This document shows positions 34,358-48,111 of a stretch of 64,000 bases of DNA, piece by piece. The position numbers and the translations under genes were made by a program. The notes under the pieces are model-generated. The model was given only the letters and a program-made list of their open reading frames with translations. It did not search any database and was not told where the DNA came from. The stretch lies in the NCBI RefSeq assembly GCF_009914755.1, contig NC_060947.1, one strand, 5' to 3'. This DNA is from the human T2T-CHM13v2.0 reference genome, Homo sapiens. Numbering within the stretch: the first letter of the stretch is position 1; every line of letters starts with the position of its first letter.

Positions 34358-36294
34358 GAAACAGAACTCTTACACGAGGTTCCAAGTTGTCCCTGAGATA
34401 ATCAGATTGGCTTCTCTGTGCCAAGGTGGCTTACAATGGATCCAGCACCAGTGAAGATTCTAATCCTCACATAAAACCTATTAACATAAAGCATCATACA
34501 AAAATCTGGTGTAGGCAAGGAATGTGACCAACCAACCAACAGCGTGATTGAAAATAACTATTGATTATGAATGTATTGCCTTTGACTTTATACTCTGTGA
34601 TATATTTTATTTCCCAAAAAGACAAACTTTTGTCTAGGGGAAGAAGAAAAGGCTTTAGTAAACGATAGAAGAAAGCCTACAGTTACAAGTTATAGGAGAT
34701 GTCATAGGGAAAGAAGTCTGAGGGTTGTTTAGGTAAAAAAAAATAACAAGAAGTATCCTTTTGACTAGCACAGAGCATGAGACATAAGAAAAAAAAAAAG
34801 AGGGAGAGATGTTACGTAACCAAAAGGCAATGGATGTTCACCCTCCAGGATAAATCATGATGGGTCCACATGCAGCCAAGGCAACAAGCCCCTAGTGGTA
34901 TGAGACTAGATCAGGAAAGGGTGAAAAGAAGCAAGACAGCTTTGAGGATCCCAGTGAGACACGCCAGAGGACATCACATGAAATAAACTTAGAAGGAAGG
35001 TCTCCCCACATAACTAGACATTGAAAGGTAACTGAGAGACAGTTTCCCAGTAGAATGTAAGCCCCACAAAGGTGGAAAACACAGGGAATATGTTCACTTT
35101 TCAATCCACTGCCCTAAACACAATGATTGATGCCCGGGTAGGCACACAAATATTTGCTCAATGAATAAATGAATGAGGATCATCACCACATCTGGAGTTT
35201 CATACATTTGGGGCAGGGATCGGGGTTGCCACTTTCATATACAAATAAGGAAGTTAACAGTTTTATATTGCATCTATCAATATTTATATCTAGAACTTCC
35301 TGGTCTATATTTTAGATATTCCTATGAGAGTTAATATTTGGAGGATGGTTTTGAATAAATGAAATACACCAACTCTACCACTTTCCTTAATACTTGAATC
35401 AAATTCTACTGCCGTGTGTGATTTGAAGGAGCCACTTCAGTCCTATTAAAGCCCATAAGAGAATCAGTGGGATGCCTGGCATGGCATTTTTTAGCTTATT
35501 ATACAACAGATATAAGAGTGATACTGGAAACAGAATTTTCAATAGTTCAATAGTTATCTGAATAAATATCTGAGTTCAATAATTTTTCAGAGATTCAATA
35601 TGCTGGACCACGATGTCAGCTGATTTACATATGAAAAAGTGTCCTTAGCTAATGAGATGGGTTGCAAATTGACCAGGAATAAGCAATCCAAATTTTTAAA
35701 AGTCAAGAATGTAAGGTGATTAATGAAAACAGATGATGAGGTACTAATGATGTAATCTGGAATTCAAAAACCACACCTGCTATGACTGAGTGCTGTAACA
35801 TCCTCAAATGTGAGTAGGGTTGGTTGTCAGACCTGCAGGCTTGTGAGAGATTAGCTATGCATCACAGTAAGGACCAAAAAATATGTATTTTATCCAAACT
35901 GCAGTTTTCCACACTCAATTTGTTCTCTGACACTGTGAAAACTCAGCTTACAAGATGCTTCACTGCCACCCACGAAAGGAAGAAGGGTAGGTTTGCAGGG
36001 AGAGAAATGCAGGTAGATACCTGTGAACCATCTATGTAAAGAGAGCTTGTGCAGAGACTCCAATATTGACTCCCTCAGCCTTTAGGGCTTCTTGCCTCAG
36101 TGATGTCCATTTACCCGAGCATGCTATATAAAGATGATCATTCTGATATGTGCCATGACCTTAATATGACTGAGAAGCACAAGTGCAGTGGGCAAGTGAA
36201 TATTTGCATTTAGAACTCATCAGATGATGTCTGGAACAGAGATTTTGTGAGTTGTCAGCATAGAGGTGCTAGTAAAAAGCATAAAGAGAGAATA

Positions 36295-36900
36295 CCACTG
36301 CCAGCCATGGTGGACTAACTGGTATCAGACTTGCCTTCCTGCTGTAACAACTAGAAAACTGGACAGTATATAGGAAACTCCTGCATGTAGTTATTGAGCA
36401 ACAGACAAAACAGGACTATGACTCTGAGAAGAGGGATACAAACAAGATAACTGCTACCTTCTCCACAGCTTGCTTCTTAAAAGCACTTTTTAGATTGCAG
36501 CAGATGGAGTGGGAACTCAAGCTGAGCATGGAAGTCTTGCTCAGCTGAAGAGATAAGGATCAAAGTTTAGGAAGGTTGAAGCAGCTATAACTAGCAAGGC
36601 ACAGTACCAGAGAAGAGTGAGCTATGTGGAAAAAGAGCTCAACAACCTTACCTGGGGGTGGATACTTTATATCTGGCCCAACAAAGCTTAAAAAGAAGAC
36701 TCAAATAAATCAAATTGATCCACAAATAACTGCCCACAAAACAAAATTCAGTCCTCTTTAAAAGAAATCAACAAAATCAAGACATTCAGTAAGTCACAAC
36801 ATCCAGCAACCAATAAAGATTACAAGAAATGTTTTTTAAGAAACAAAAATGTGAGCCATAACCAGAATAAAAAAAAATCAATCAATAGAAAAACATATTA
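36295..36900 (+). mobile_element. Old L1M 5'-region fragment
   Basis: aacaactagaaaactggacagtatatagg; cacaacatccagcaaccaataaagattacaaga. Confidence 0.55.
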
Positions 36901-37023
36901 AAAAAAAAGAAGTAAACCAAGAACAAAGATAGAACTGTAGGAAACACACAGTCAAGGTGTAAAAAACAGAAAGATAAAGGTTCAGCAAGTTATTGAAAAG
37001 GAATCCTATAAGATGTTAGAAGA

Positions 37024-37297
37024 GGTCAGGCATTGTGGCTCATGCCTGTAATCCCAGCACTTTGGGAGGCAAAGGCAAGAGGATGATTGAAGGCCAGAAG
37101 TTCAAGACCAGCCTAGGCAATATAGTGAGACCCCATCACTACAAAAAAATTAAAAATCAGCCTGGTGTAGTGGCACACGCCTATAGTCCCAGCTACCCAG
37201 GAGGCTCAGGTTGAGGATGCAGTGAGCCATGATCATGCCACTGCACTCCAGCCTAGGCGACAGAGCTAGACCCTGTCTCAAAAAAAAAAAAAAAAAG
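37024..37297 (+). mobile_element. AluJ
   Basis: Dimer with a small deletion; TSD aagatgt[t/g]agaaga. Confidence 0.92.
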
Positions 37298-37607
37298 ATG
37301 TGAGAAGAATCAGAAGAGTGCTGATGTGTTATGGAAGTCACGAAGTCATGTAAGGAGAAAGTTTCAAAAAAGAGAAAGTGGTCAACAAGGAGATCAAGTA
37401 AGACACAAACTCAAAAGTATTCACTGGATTTGGTAAGAAGATACCGACTAAGCCTGGCCACACAGTTCCAGTTGAGATGTAGGGAAAGAAGTTGTATTGC
37501 TGAGGGTTTCTGGAGTGAATGGGATACGAGGAAGGAGAGATAACAGCCATTTTCAAGGTACGATTGACTCTGCCCAGGGTGGGCAAGTATGTGTATGTTT
37601 TACTTTA

Positions 37608-37817
<210 letters not shown>

Positions 37818-38697
37818 TCAGGTTAATTTCACTTGTATAGCTAGAGTTGTCATCTCCCCTTGGTACACTAGAGTCAATTCAGATAGGAAGGGGTCACACT
37901 ACATACTCCAAGTTCTCCAGCCTTCCCTGTAACAGGGGAATAGTCCTACAGCATCTCTCCAAATTATCCATCCTTTCATTTGGAGTGTACCAAACCCTCA
38001 TTAATCTGAAGAGAAGAAAACAAACTCTATAGTAAATAGAAGCATATGCTTAGTTTGGGCGGCAGCAGAAAGCTGAGAATGGTGCTGCCATCTTAGAAAG
38101 AAGTTCATTCAATTGAAAAAGGAGGAAGGATCAACCCTCAAGTTGCTTCTAAGCAGTGATATAAATCACGAGAGGGCTGGAGTAAGGCAGCTGTGAAACA
38201 AAAGGCCATTTCCTGCACCAAGAAAGACTAAAAAAACATTTCAAAGAACAAAGAGACTTGATTCACATACCACACTTGCCCACAGTCTAAATATCCTCAG
38301 AAGGAAACCAGGGAGTATCGGCAACCAGGAAGAATGCTGATTCCACATCTCCCTGAGTTTGGCTCTGCCCCATCAATTTTCATACCAGTATGTACTGTGG
38401 CAGAAATTGAACTCTTGATCATTTAGGATAGAACCATCATGACACTGCTTAAGGAGTGCCAGGTACTGTTTGAGAATACTTTATAAACTTATAAGCTCTT
38501 TAAAAGCAGGAATCCAAATTATCCAAATATGCTTGCATACCACTAGTTTAGAATTTTCTGAAATTTTCTAGCTTGCATCTACTACACAAGCTTTATAAAC
38601 AGTCTTCATTCCTAAAACGCTACTTCAGAGAAATTGCCCAGGATAAAATCAGAGTGACGAGATTCAGACAATGCCAAGACTATGGTTCAGATCTTAC

Positions 38698-38760
38698 CTT
38701 TGGTCTCAATAATATTGATGCACTTCCTGACAAACTTGAAGCCCACTTCATTTAGCTCCA
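38698..38760 (-). CDS. OPHN1: OPHN1 coding exon (ref. exon 14), RhoGAP start, 63 nt, phase 1-1
   Basis: aacag|TG(M)[20 protein letters not shown]+G|gtaaga. Confidence 0.97.
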
Positions 38761-39272
38761 CTGTTTCAAGCAAAGGAAAAGAGTTAGATCCTGCTGCAAC
38801 AGGTGTCACCTATTAAACATTTAATGACCATGCAAAGGGACTGCATTGAGAGAGCTAAGGGTTTTTAGTTGCTCATTTCTAGTCACCCTTAAATGGAAAG
38901 AGTCATTTTTTCAGGGGAGGTTTAACATTTTAACTCTTATAACACAAAATACTTATATTTAGCCCTTTGAATTGTCTGCTTTCAGCATGAGCAAAGTCAT
39001 ATGTGAAATGTTAGCCTAAAAATACAATTTCTATCATGCTTCCAGAACAGGAAGGATATGTTTCTCTACCCACGATGTAAGCTAACACCAAGTGTCTACC
39101 TTAGTTCAATTACCAGACACATTTAAAAAATATATGGCTGAATTTTATTTCACACAAAGGCATCCATATTCAGACTTGCGTTAGTAGTACACATCATTAA
39201 TGATGGTATTTACTATGAATCGGACAGCTGGCAGTTTATAATGCTAGTAGACCAAAAACTTAAGTGACTCAC

Positions 39273-39306
39273 TTTCTTGCTGTTTTGTTATAGGGCTGTG
39301 GTAGAT
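39273..39306 (-). CDS. OPHN1: OPHN1 coding exon (ref. exon 13), 34 nt, phase 0-1
   Basis: tgtag|IYHSPITKQQE+A|gtgagt; needed to keep the frame between its neighbours. Confidence 0.95.
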
Positions 39307-39494
39307 CTACAAAAGAAGATAAACAGAAAGATCCATGGCTATTGTCAATCAATATAGGAAAACAGAGAACATAATATTAAATATCTTTCCCCAGATAGGC
39401 ATTAAAAATGATTAGAAACTCCAGGATGTTAAAAAGATAGCCAAGTGGGCTAAACATAATTGCTTTGCCAAGATTGCTAGAAAATACTTGAACA

Positions 39495-39890
<396 letters not shown>

Positions 39891-41179
39891 AAAATACTTG
39901 AACAATCCCTGAAAATTACACTGAATTTCACACAGTTCACCATAGCTACAGTTTTAGCTAATCCATCTTAGATATTTACTTATGTAACACCTGGGGCATT
40001 TTTATGATAAAGCAAGAGACCAGGAAAGTGTTTTCCTCATGGCTATGTACCTGTCTAATGGGCATTATAAAATTTAAATGTTCCTAACACCAATCTCCCA
40101 CCCTCAAAGACTGGTTGATGAATACTTCTCTGTGGAAAGGCAAATGTCCATCTGAAAGAGATCCATGAATACACCAAGATTTGTCTGTGTTGTCTTGGAG
40201 TATGTGCTGTGATAGCTATGTGAGAGACCAGAAAGAAGACTGTTGACTCTTGAAGTCTAGTCCTGGCTCTACCTCTACCTCTTAGGAAATTTTGGGCATG
40301 CCCTTTCCATTCTCCAGATCTCAAAATTTATATCAGTAAAGTGATCAGGGTTGGAGTAGACATTCCTTCAAGCCCTGATCTTCTTTGACAGTTTAGGCAA
40401 AGGCATGGATGAGATTTGTAAGACTAGTGAACTGGAGTGTTTAGTAAAGGAGCAACAACATTAGTAATGTGAGGTTGCAGGAAATGAGCCCTCTATATGC
40501 CATCTGTTAAGAGTCTGTTTGAACAGCCTCTCCTTAAAATAAGTTCTGCATATGTGTGTATGCCCACAGATATTTCAGTGGGAGATATTTTTGTGCCAGC
40601 CAGCCTTTTCTGCTACTTTTCTAAACAAGGGATTTGTGGAAAAATCTGCCATGATCAAGTTGGTATGGATCCACATTCAGTGGGCCCATGTGCTCACATC
40701 ATTCTCCACAGAAAGCCATCTGCATCCTTTGATTCTTGAAAACCTAAAGGGAGAGCAAACTTGGGAGAGGGAATTGAAAGATAAATGCCTTGCTGAGCTT
40801 CCCAGCATCTGCCTACAGAAATGTCACAAGCATGAAAGAGTTCAGCAGCAGGTTTCTGGAAGGTGACAGAAGGAAGACAGTGCTGGAATATTTTCTGGAT
40901 GGCAGTCTTCAGAATACCAAGTCTCTCCTGCTACCTTCCAGTTTACTATAAGTGCAATCTGGGATCTAGTTACCCCTCTAAATTCTCCAGGATACTGAGG
41001 ACACATAGAAAGAAAAACCTAGAATGCATTTTCCCTCCTAGCCAGTTTTTCACTTGAATACAGCAAAGAAATAAGACTGTATCTGAACACTGCTGGATCT
41101 TAGGAGTTTTGTATCCCATCATTCAGATCGGCTAGCACATTGTGGTTTACAAGATGACTTCCATCTGTTTTTTCTAAGC

Positions 41180-42860
41180 AACCCTGTGAGATAGGTAGAA
41201 AGAAATTATTAAAGCCCTTTTACTGAGGAGAAGAAAACTGAATCTCAGAGAGGTGAAATGATTTGCCCAGAGTCACATAGCCATTTAATGGCAGAACTAG
41301 TACCTATATCCAAGCTTTTGGAATTCCAACACCAGGAAGCTGATATTATTTAATATGCCACTAAGAAACCAGAATGTTTTTCAATTATTTCCAACTGTTT
41401 CTATTGGTCGCTTGATGATAATCAGTAACCCTTTCAAGGGATTGCTTGTCCTCCTGCATAACCGTGTTCTAAATGGAACGGTACATCTTGTGATACAGGA
41501 TGGCAATGCCATCTCCGCTACCAGCTGTACCCTCAAAGAGAATAAGCTGAGTTGGTGGTATAAGGGTGAGGCAGAAAAATCATTCTGAATAAATGTTTAA
41601 TAAGTGCTTATTTATAACTATGGCAATTATTTTTCATATTAACACATATTAATTAATTAACACATATTGATTTTATAACCTGAAAAATGGCTTCATTCTT
41701 TCTGAAGAAAAGCTCATGGGCATAGCTACATAGTCTAACACTAGAGCAGGGAGCTGAGAGATCTGCATTCTAAGCCCGGTTTTGGTGTCTTCTCTGAGGG
41801 TGGTCTCAGAAAAGTCCCTCAACCTTTCTGGAACTCCAGTTGCCTTACCTGCTAAGAGATGTGGAAACAATTCCTTACAGCTCTAAAACTGAGACTAAAC
41901 AATCCATTACCATTTAATTGTCTGAGACCCACTGATACCACTAGAGGGCACTCATACACTGGCATATGCTGGGGAGGTTTCCCCAGTGTCAGGTAACTTA
42001 CAGGTTCTTTCCCATCCATGGCTTCCATCCATAGCCTTCTGTTAGCTTCTGAAAGGGCCTGCAGAGTGATGGTTCCTGGCCTGAGGGGGAAAAAAATGGT
42101 AAGTATAAAGCAGAAAATTCAACTGAGAGAATGGAGTCTTGTGATCTAGGGTCCCTCTCTGCCCTGGAGTTTGTCACACTGAACAAGCATAGGCTTACAG
42201 AATACTAATTTTTCAAAATCTCTTTTACTCAAGAAAACAATAGGCAATTTACAGAACAGTAACTTTGGGAACCATGGAGGCGGGGGTGGTATCTTGGTGG
42301 CCTTGTGCCCAGATCCTGCAAGAAATAGGAAGGTAACTGTCAAGACGCCTCCATAATGCACACTTAAATTGGCCCCATTGTGCTTGAACCAAACAAAGGC
42401 TCTCACTGCCTTACTCTGTTGGAAGCCAGCCACTTTGTCTGAGCTCTAGGAATGAGCATGAACATCAGAGGCACATTATCTCTCAGTAAAATGGCTTTGC
42501 TTCTTCCAGCACCTGCGATGTCCAAGAAACATTTTGAGTTGCAATAAATTCAACAACATGAGTACTGGCTAAGACACAGGGAGGAGGCGTTTTGGCTAAT
42601 AAGCAATTTTATGACTAATAAAAACAACTAATATTTACTGAATGCTTACTAGGTGACAAATTTTGTTCCAAGTAAACTATGTATATTAACTCAGTTAATA
42701 TATATAATAAGGCAGTTACAGTAATCATCTCTATTTCACAGAAGGGGAAACTGAGGCACAGAGTAATTATCCAAGGTCATATAGCAGGGAACTACTAGAG
42801 ACAGGAATTAAATCCAGAAAGTCTGGTCCAGCAGCCATATTCTTCATTACTACAATATAA
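41180..42860. mobile_element. MIR fragments (about 41180-41330, 41730-41860, 42630-42860)
   Basis: MIR core gaaactgaggcacagag...ccaaggtca. Confidence 0.6.
42002..42080 (-). CDS. OPHN1: OPHN1 coding exon (ref. exon 12), PH C-terminal helix, 79 nt, phase 2-0
   Basis: ctcag|G(R)[26 protein letters not shown]|gtaagt. Confidence 0.97.
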
Positions 42861-42922
42861 GGCCTCTTCTGCCTGGCACACGGCTTCGAACCCTGTTTTA
42901 TTCTATTTATTTGCAGGCTACC

Positions 42923-43299
42923 TGCTGTGGTCTGAATATTCCCCAAAATTCATAGGTTGAAAGTTAACTACCAATGTGATGATATTAAGAAATGGGACCT
43001 TTAGGAGGTGAGTTAGTCATAAGGGTAGAACCTCATGAATGGGATTAGGGCCCTTTTACAAAAACTTGAAAGAGTAGGTTCATTCCCTTCCATCTCTTCT
43101 GACATATGAGGACACGGTGTTGGTGCTCTCTGGAGGGCACTGCAACAAGATGCCATCTTGGAAACAGAGACCAGGCCCTCACCAGACACTGAAACTGCTT
43201 GGACTTCCAGCTTCTAGAAATGTGACAAATGAATTTCTGTTGTTTATACATTACTGAGTCTCAGGTATTTTGTCATAACATCACAAATGGACTAAGACA
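42923..43299 (+). mobile_element. MLT1A/MSTD-like LTR
   Basis: tgctgtggtctgaat...ggactaagaca; near-TSD ctacc/ctact. Confidence 0.8.
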
Positions 43300-43711
43300 C
43301 TACTAACTACCCAGAGATATCCCAAGCTGTTATGCTCTTTATGGTCTTTTTAGATCTTTGTGACTCATCTGGAATTTTGAGATTAACCATACTTTATGCA
43401 AGGTATAAAGTCTCCTTGCATTCTCCTGGCTTGCTGAGCCATTAGGAAAACATTGTTCCTTCCACAAATTCTGTGATAAGATGAGACCTCTCCTAGAGTC
43501 ATAGAATGATAAAAGCAATGCCAAGAGAGTTCAGCCACCCTGGATAAGTAACTAGGCCTTTCTAGACCTCAGTTTCTTTATCTGAAAGGGTTCTGGAACA
43601 CAGGAGCTGGGAGGTCCTTTCCATTACTGATATCACAGGAATCCTGTTCTACCTGCTGGAATCATGGGGTTCCTGTCCTACCTTCTCTTACTTCATTAAA
43701 GCACCTCTTAA

Positions 43712-43815
43712 TGACAGTCTTGTGGTTACTGGCAACAATATATACTTCCACAGCCATCTTGAATGGGGTCATCCATTGTTAACACAAAAATGATACAGAT
43801 TCACAAACCAAAATT
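43712..43815 (+). repeat. Copy 1 of a 104-bp diverged direct repeat
   Basis: 86/104 ungapped identity to 45347-45450 (manual alignment). Confidence 0.9.
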
Positions 43816-44035
43816 CAAATAACATCACCTCCCTCATGTGACTGTGGTGACGACTAAAGGAAATTATACGCTTAAATGGCTGATAACAGTGCCTGTCACA
43901 AAGGAGGTACTTGGCAAATGTTAGCAATTGTTTTTATTATTATTACAATTATTGTTGTTGCTGTTATTAAAACATTTCAAGCTCTGCCTTGCTATGAGCC
44001 TGTCATTTTAAATACTGCTAAGAGCCTAAATTTAG

Positions 44036-44318
44036 AACCAGGTGCAGTGACTCACACCTGTAATATGAGCACTTTGGGAGGCTGGCACAGGAGAATCACT
44101 GCAAGCCAGGAGTTGAAGACCAGCCTGGGCAACATAGCAAGGTCCCATAGCTATAAAAAATAAAAAATTAGCCAGATATGGTGGTGCACACCTGTCAGTC
44201 CCAGCTACTCAGGAGGCTCACGCAAGAGGATCACTTGAACCTGTGCCACTGCAAACCAACCTGGGCAACAGAGTAAGACCCTCTCTCTAAAAAATTAAAA
44301 GTTAAAAAAATAAAAAAT
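44036..44318 (+). mobile_element. AluJ, internally deleted
   Basis: Diverged dimer. Confidence 0.9.
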
Positions 44319-44594
44319 CTTATCCTCTCTTCCTGACATAGAAAAAGTGGCTCCAAGAGCCCTTTGCTCTGTGCTCCAGGGAATGTGAGTACAGCTGCCT
44401 GATGCCTGCTAGGAAGCCTGACTCTGTTCCTTATATCAGACTGACTAGCCAGAAAAGCAGATGTCATGTCACTCAAAAGACTCCACATGCAGAGAGGGGC
44501 CTCAGCACCTGTTCATTATTATATTTAACGCTCTACTTTGCAGCTTGTTTCTTCTGCTTATAATAGACAATATAAAAAATTAAAAACAGCATGG

Positions 44595-44880
44595 AGCCAG
44601 GCATAGTGGCTCACGCCTATAATCCCAGCACTCTGGGAGGCCGAGGCAGGTGGATGTCTTGAGGCCAGGAGTTCAAGTCAAGCCTGGCCAACATGGTGAA
44701 ACCCCATTTCTATTAAAAATACAAAAATTAGCTGGACATGGTGGCACACGCCTGTAGTCCCAGCTACTCAGGAGGCTGAGGCAGGAGACTCGTTTGAGCC
44801 CAGGAGGTAGAGGTTGTGCAACACTGCACTCCAGCCTGGGCAAGAGAGAGAGACACCATCTCAAAACAAACAAAAAGAAA
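44595..44880 (+). mobile_element. AluS
   Basis: Dimer with a small deletion; inserted in a MIR. Confidence 0.92.
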
Positions 44881-45346
44881 CCAGCATGGGCTTTGGAGAC
44901 CTACAGACCAGGGTTTGAGCTCAGCCTCACCATTTCCTATGTGACTTTAGTTGGGCAAGTCAGTTAAATATATGTGGGTCTCAGTTTCCTCACTGGTAAA
45001 ATGGGGGGGGTGTAGATTAAATGAGGGAATGTTTTGTAAAGTGCACAGTATATGATAACTAAAAGTGTAGATGCATCAAAACTTTAATCCCTGGGTTCTA
45101 GTGTCGAAAATTCTTCAGCATTCTAGGATAAGAAAAAAACACTTAAAAATAAACATCAAATTTAGTACTTATCATGAGCCATGCATAGCACCAGGTACAA
45201 GAAACATAAATTCATCCTAGCCCCTAACCACGGGGACAAACTGTTTGCAACTGCTTGAGTTGGGGATATTATTTGCAAAAAAGGGAAGCCACAGCCAACA
45301 ATAATTTTCCCCTTCCTACTGGAACTGAGGCTATCAGGAAAATGAG

Positions 45347-45450
45347 TGACAGTCTCATGGTTACTGGCAACAATACGTACTTTCAGAGCCACCTCAATTG
45401 GGATCATCCATTTTTAACAAAGAAATGATATAAATTCACAAATCGAAATT
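45347..45450 (+). repeat. Copy 2 of the 104-bp diverged direct repeat
   Basis: 86/104 ungapped identity to 43712-43815. Confidence 0.9.
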
Positions 45451-46433
45451 GTGAGGGTCAAATAATAATCTCTCAATTTTGAAATAAGGAAACAAGCTAA
45501 GTCCTTTATTCCCCAATTTTTTTAAAAATGCCCTCATCATTTAGTCTGATTGTTATGATCCCAGTCACTGCTAGTTTTGTTCACATGATATTGTAATTCA
45601 CCCTTCAAGTTCCTTTCTAGCAATCTGATCATTTTGCAAAATTCTATTCTATTACTAAGTATCTAACATCTAGAAATAAAAGGTTGAGATAAAATCTAGA
45701 AACAGATTTATTCTGTTTATTTTGGTACAACCACCCAACTATAAAGCATGTCTTTCTCCACAATAATGCCAAATGCATTCATTTGAAATTTTAATGGTTA
45801 AAATTCTCCTCTGATAAAACTGCTCAGGTTCAAGTAAAAAAAGAGGGCACTGGGGAGAAACAAACACAACGAAGTCCAAAATGTGCAAGCCTTAGCTGTA
45901 AGATCTGAAAGGTGATAATCACACTATTTCCAGTTCATTGAGTATCTGTAAAGTAGGGAAGGTCTGCATCATTTTTGCACCAAATGGGGGGAAATGACTT
46001 TCTAATAACACCACGACCCTCCACCCCATCTTCCCTCCCTCAAAAATGTGTGCCAATTCATTTGTTCTTTTATGTGATATTAGGAGATTTAACAAAGAAT
46101 GAGCTTTGTTATCCTTTCCTTCTTGCAAGATCACCAAATGTTGACCTTTTGCACATCTGATAGCAAATTAAATCCCAGGAGAGACTTTTTCTTCCCAGAG
46201 CAAGTGAGGCAAAGCTGATAGAAGCTTGCACAGAGAAAAGCAGCACTGGGCCAGGTCTAGCAGGGATCCCTGGGAAGGGCAGCCAGAAGAGCTGGCTTGA
46301 ATAGACTCACAACAAAGTCCTGAATAGACTTACTCATTGTCATCAACGTGGGATGACGGAGGAAAATAAAAGACCTACCCAGGCTAAGCATCTGGCACGT
46401 GGGGACATTGCCAATTCACAGCGGCACAGCTTA

Positions 46434-46589
<156 letters not shown>

Positions 46590-47283
46590 CTACAGTGTCT
46601 TCAGTGTCACTTGGAAGGCGTCTGGTCAAGGCAGCAGGAGCAATGTGTAGACTCACTGAGAATCTTGTCCCTTCAAACAGTATTTGCAGCAAGATGGCAG
46701 ATGGTTTCTCCCCGCTCCAAGAATCAATGGCTGAGACCAGGAGAAATTGTTCAGAGTCATCCAGCACTCTTTCCCAAGACGGAAGACTTAATAGGAAGCT
46801 CAATACATATCATGTAAGGGGAGTGTAGGAGAAATGGGCTGACTGAATGGCATTAAGTGTACAGAATAAAATTTTCATGAGGCCTCTGGGGAGGGAAATT
46901 GTGACGGGGTAAGTGGCTGTCTAAAACCTCCCTTAGAAAGTCAGAGGGTAGCTGAGCAAAGAAGCTTCCATTAAAGTGGCAGATGAAGGAGGGAGAAAAA
47001 CATTTCTGTCTCCCAACTCTACACTCTTTAGGATGACAGAAATCACAAATGTAATCGCTCCAAAGGTAGCGCAAAAGTAGAGGAAATAGCAAATGTGTGT
47101 ATTAGTCATGGTAGCATTTGATATTTCATATGTGCAGCAAGGACAGTGTGGCCCACTTTAGTCCTGTAGGTAATTAAGGGAATTAAAACCCACTGTGTCC
47201 ACAGACTAAAATTCTAGTCTCACCTTGTTCAGATTCCCTCTCTTATCTCAACAGAGACCATGTGATACAGGAAAGAGAAGTAA

Positions 47284-47609
<326 letters not shown>

Positions 47610-47782
47610 CTATGCTAGGTATTTTTAAGCCACTTTTATTGTTAACAACCATTATAGAGAAGTGACACTTAAAGAAGTAAAGCAGCATACCCAAAGTCAT
47701 CCAAATTGGTATAGTGGAAATAGCAACACACTAGAAAGTTTAAGACCTAGGGTCTTGTCTCAGTTATGCCATTTACCAGCTA

Positions 47783-48111
<329 letters not shown>

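Noticed and set aside
46596-46813. Plus-strand antisense exon (ttcctacag|...cat|gtaagg) overlapping short ORFs
   Set aside because: Such splice-like motifs are common by chance; no recognisable protein and no partner exons.
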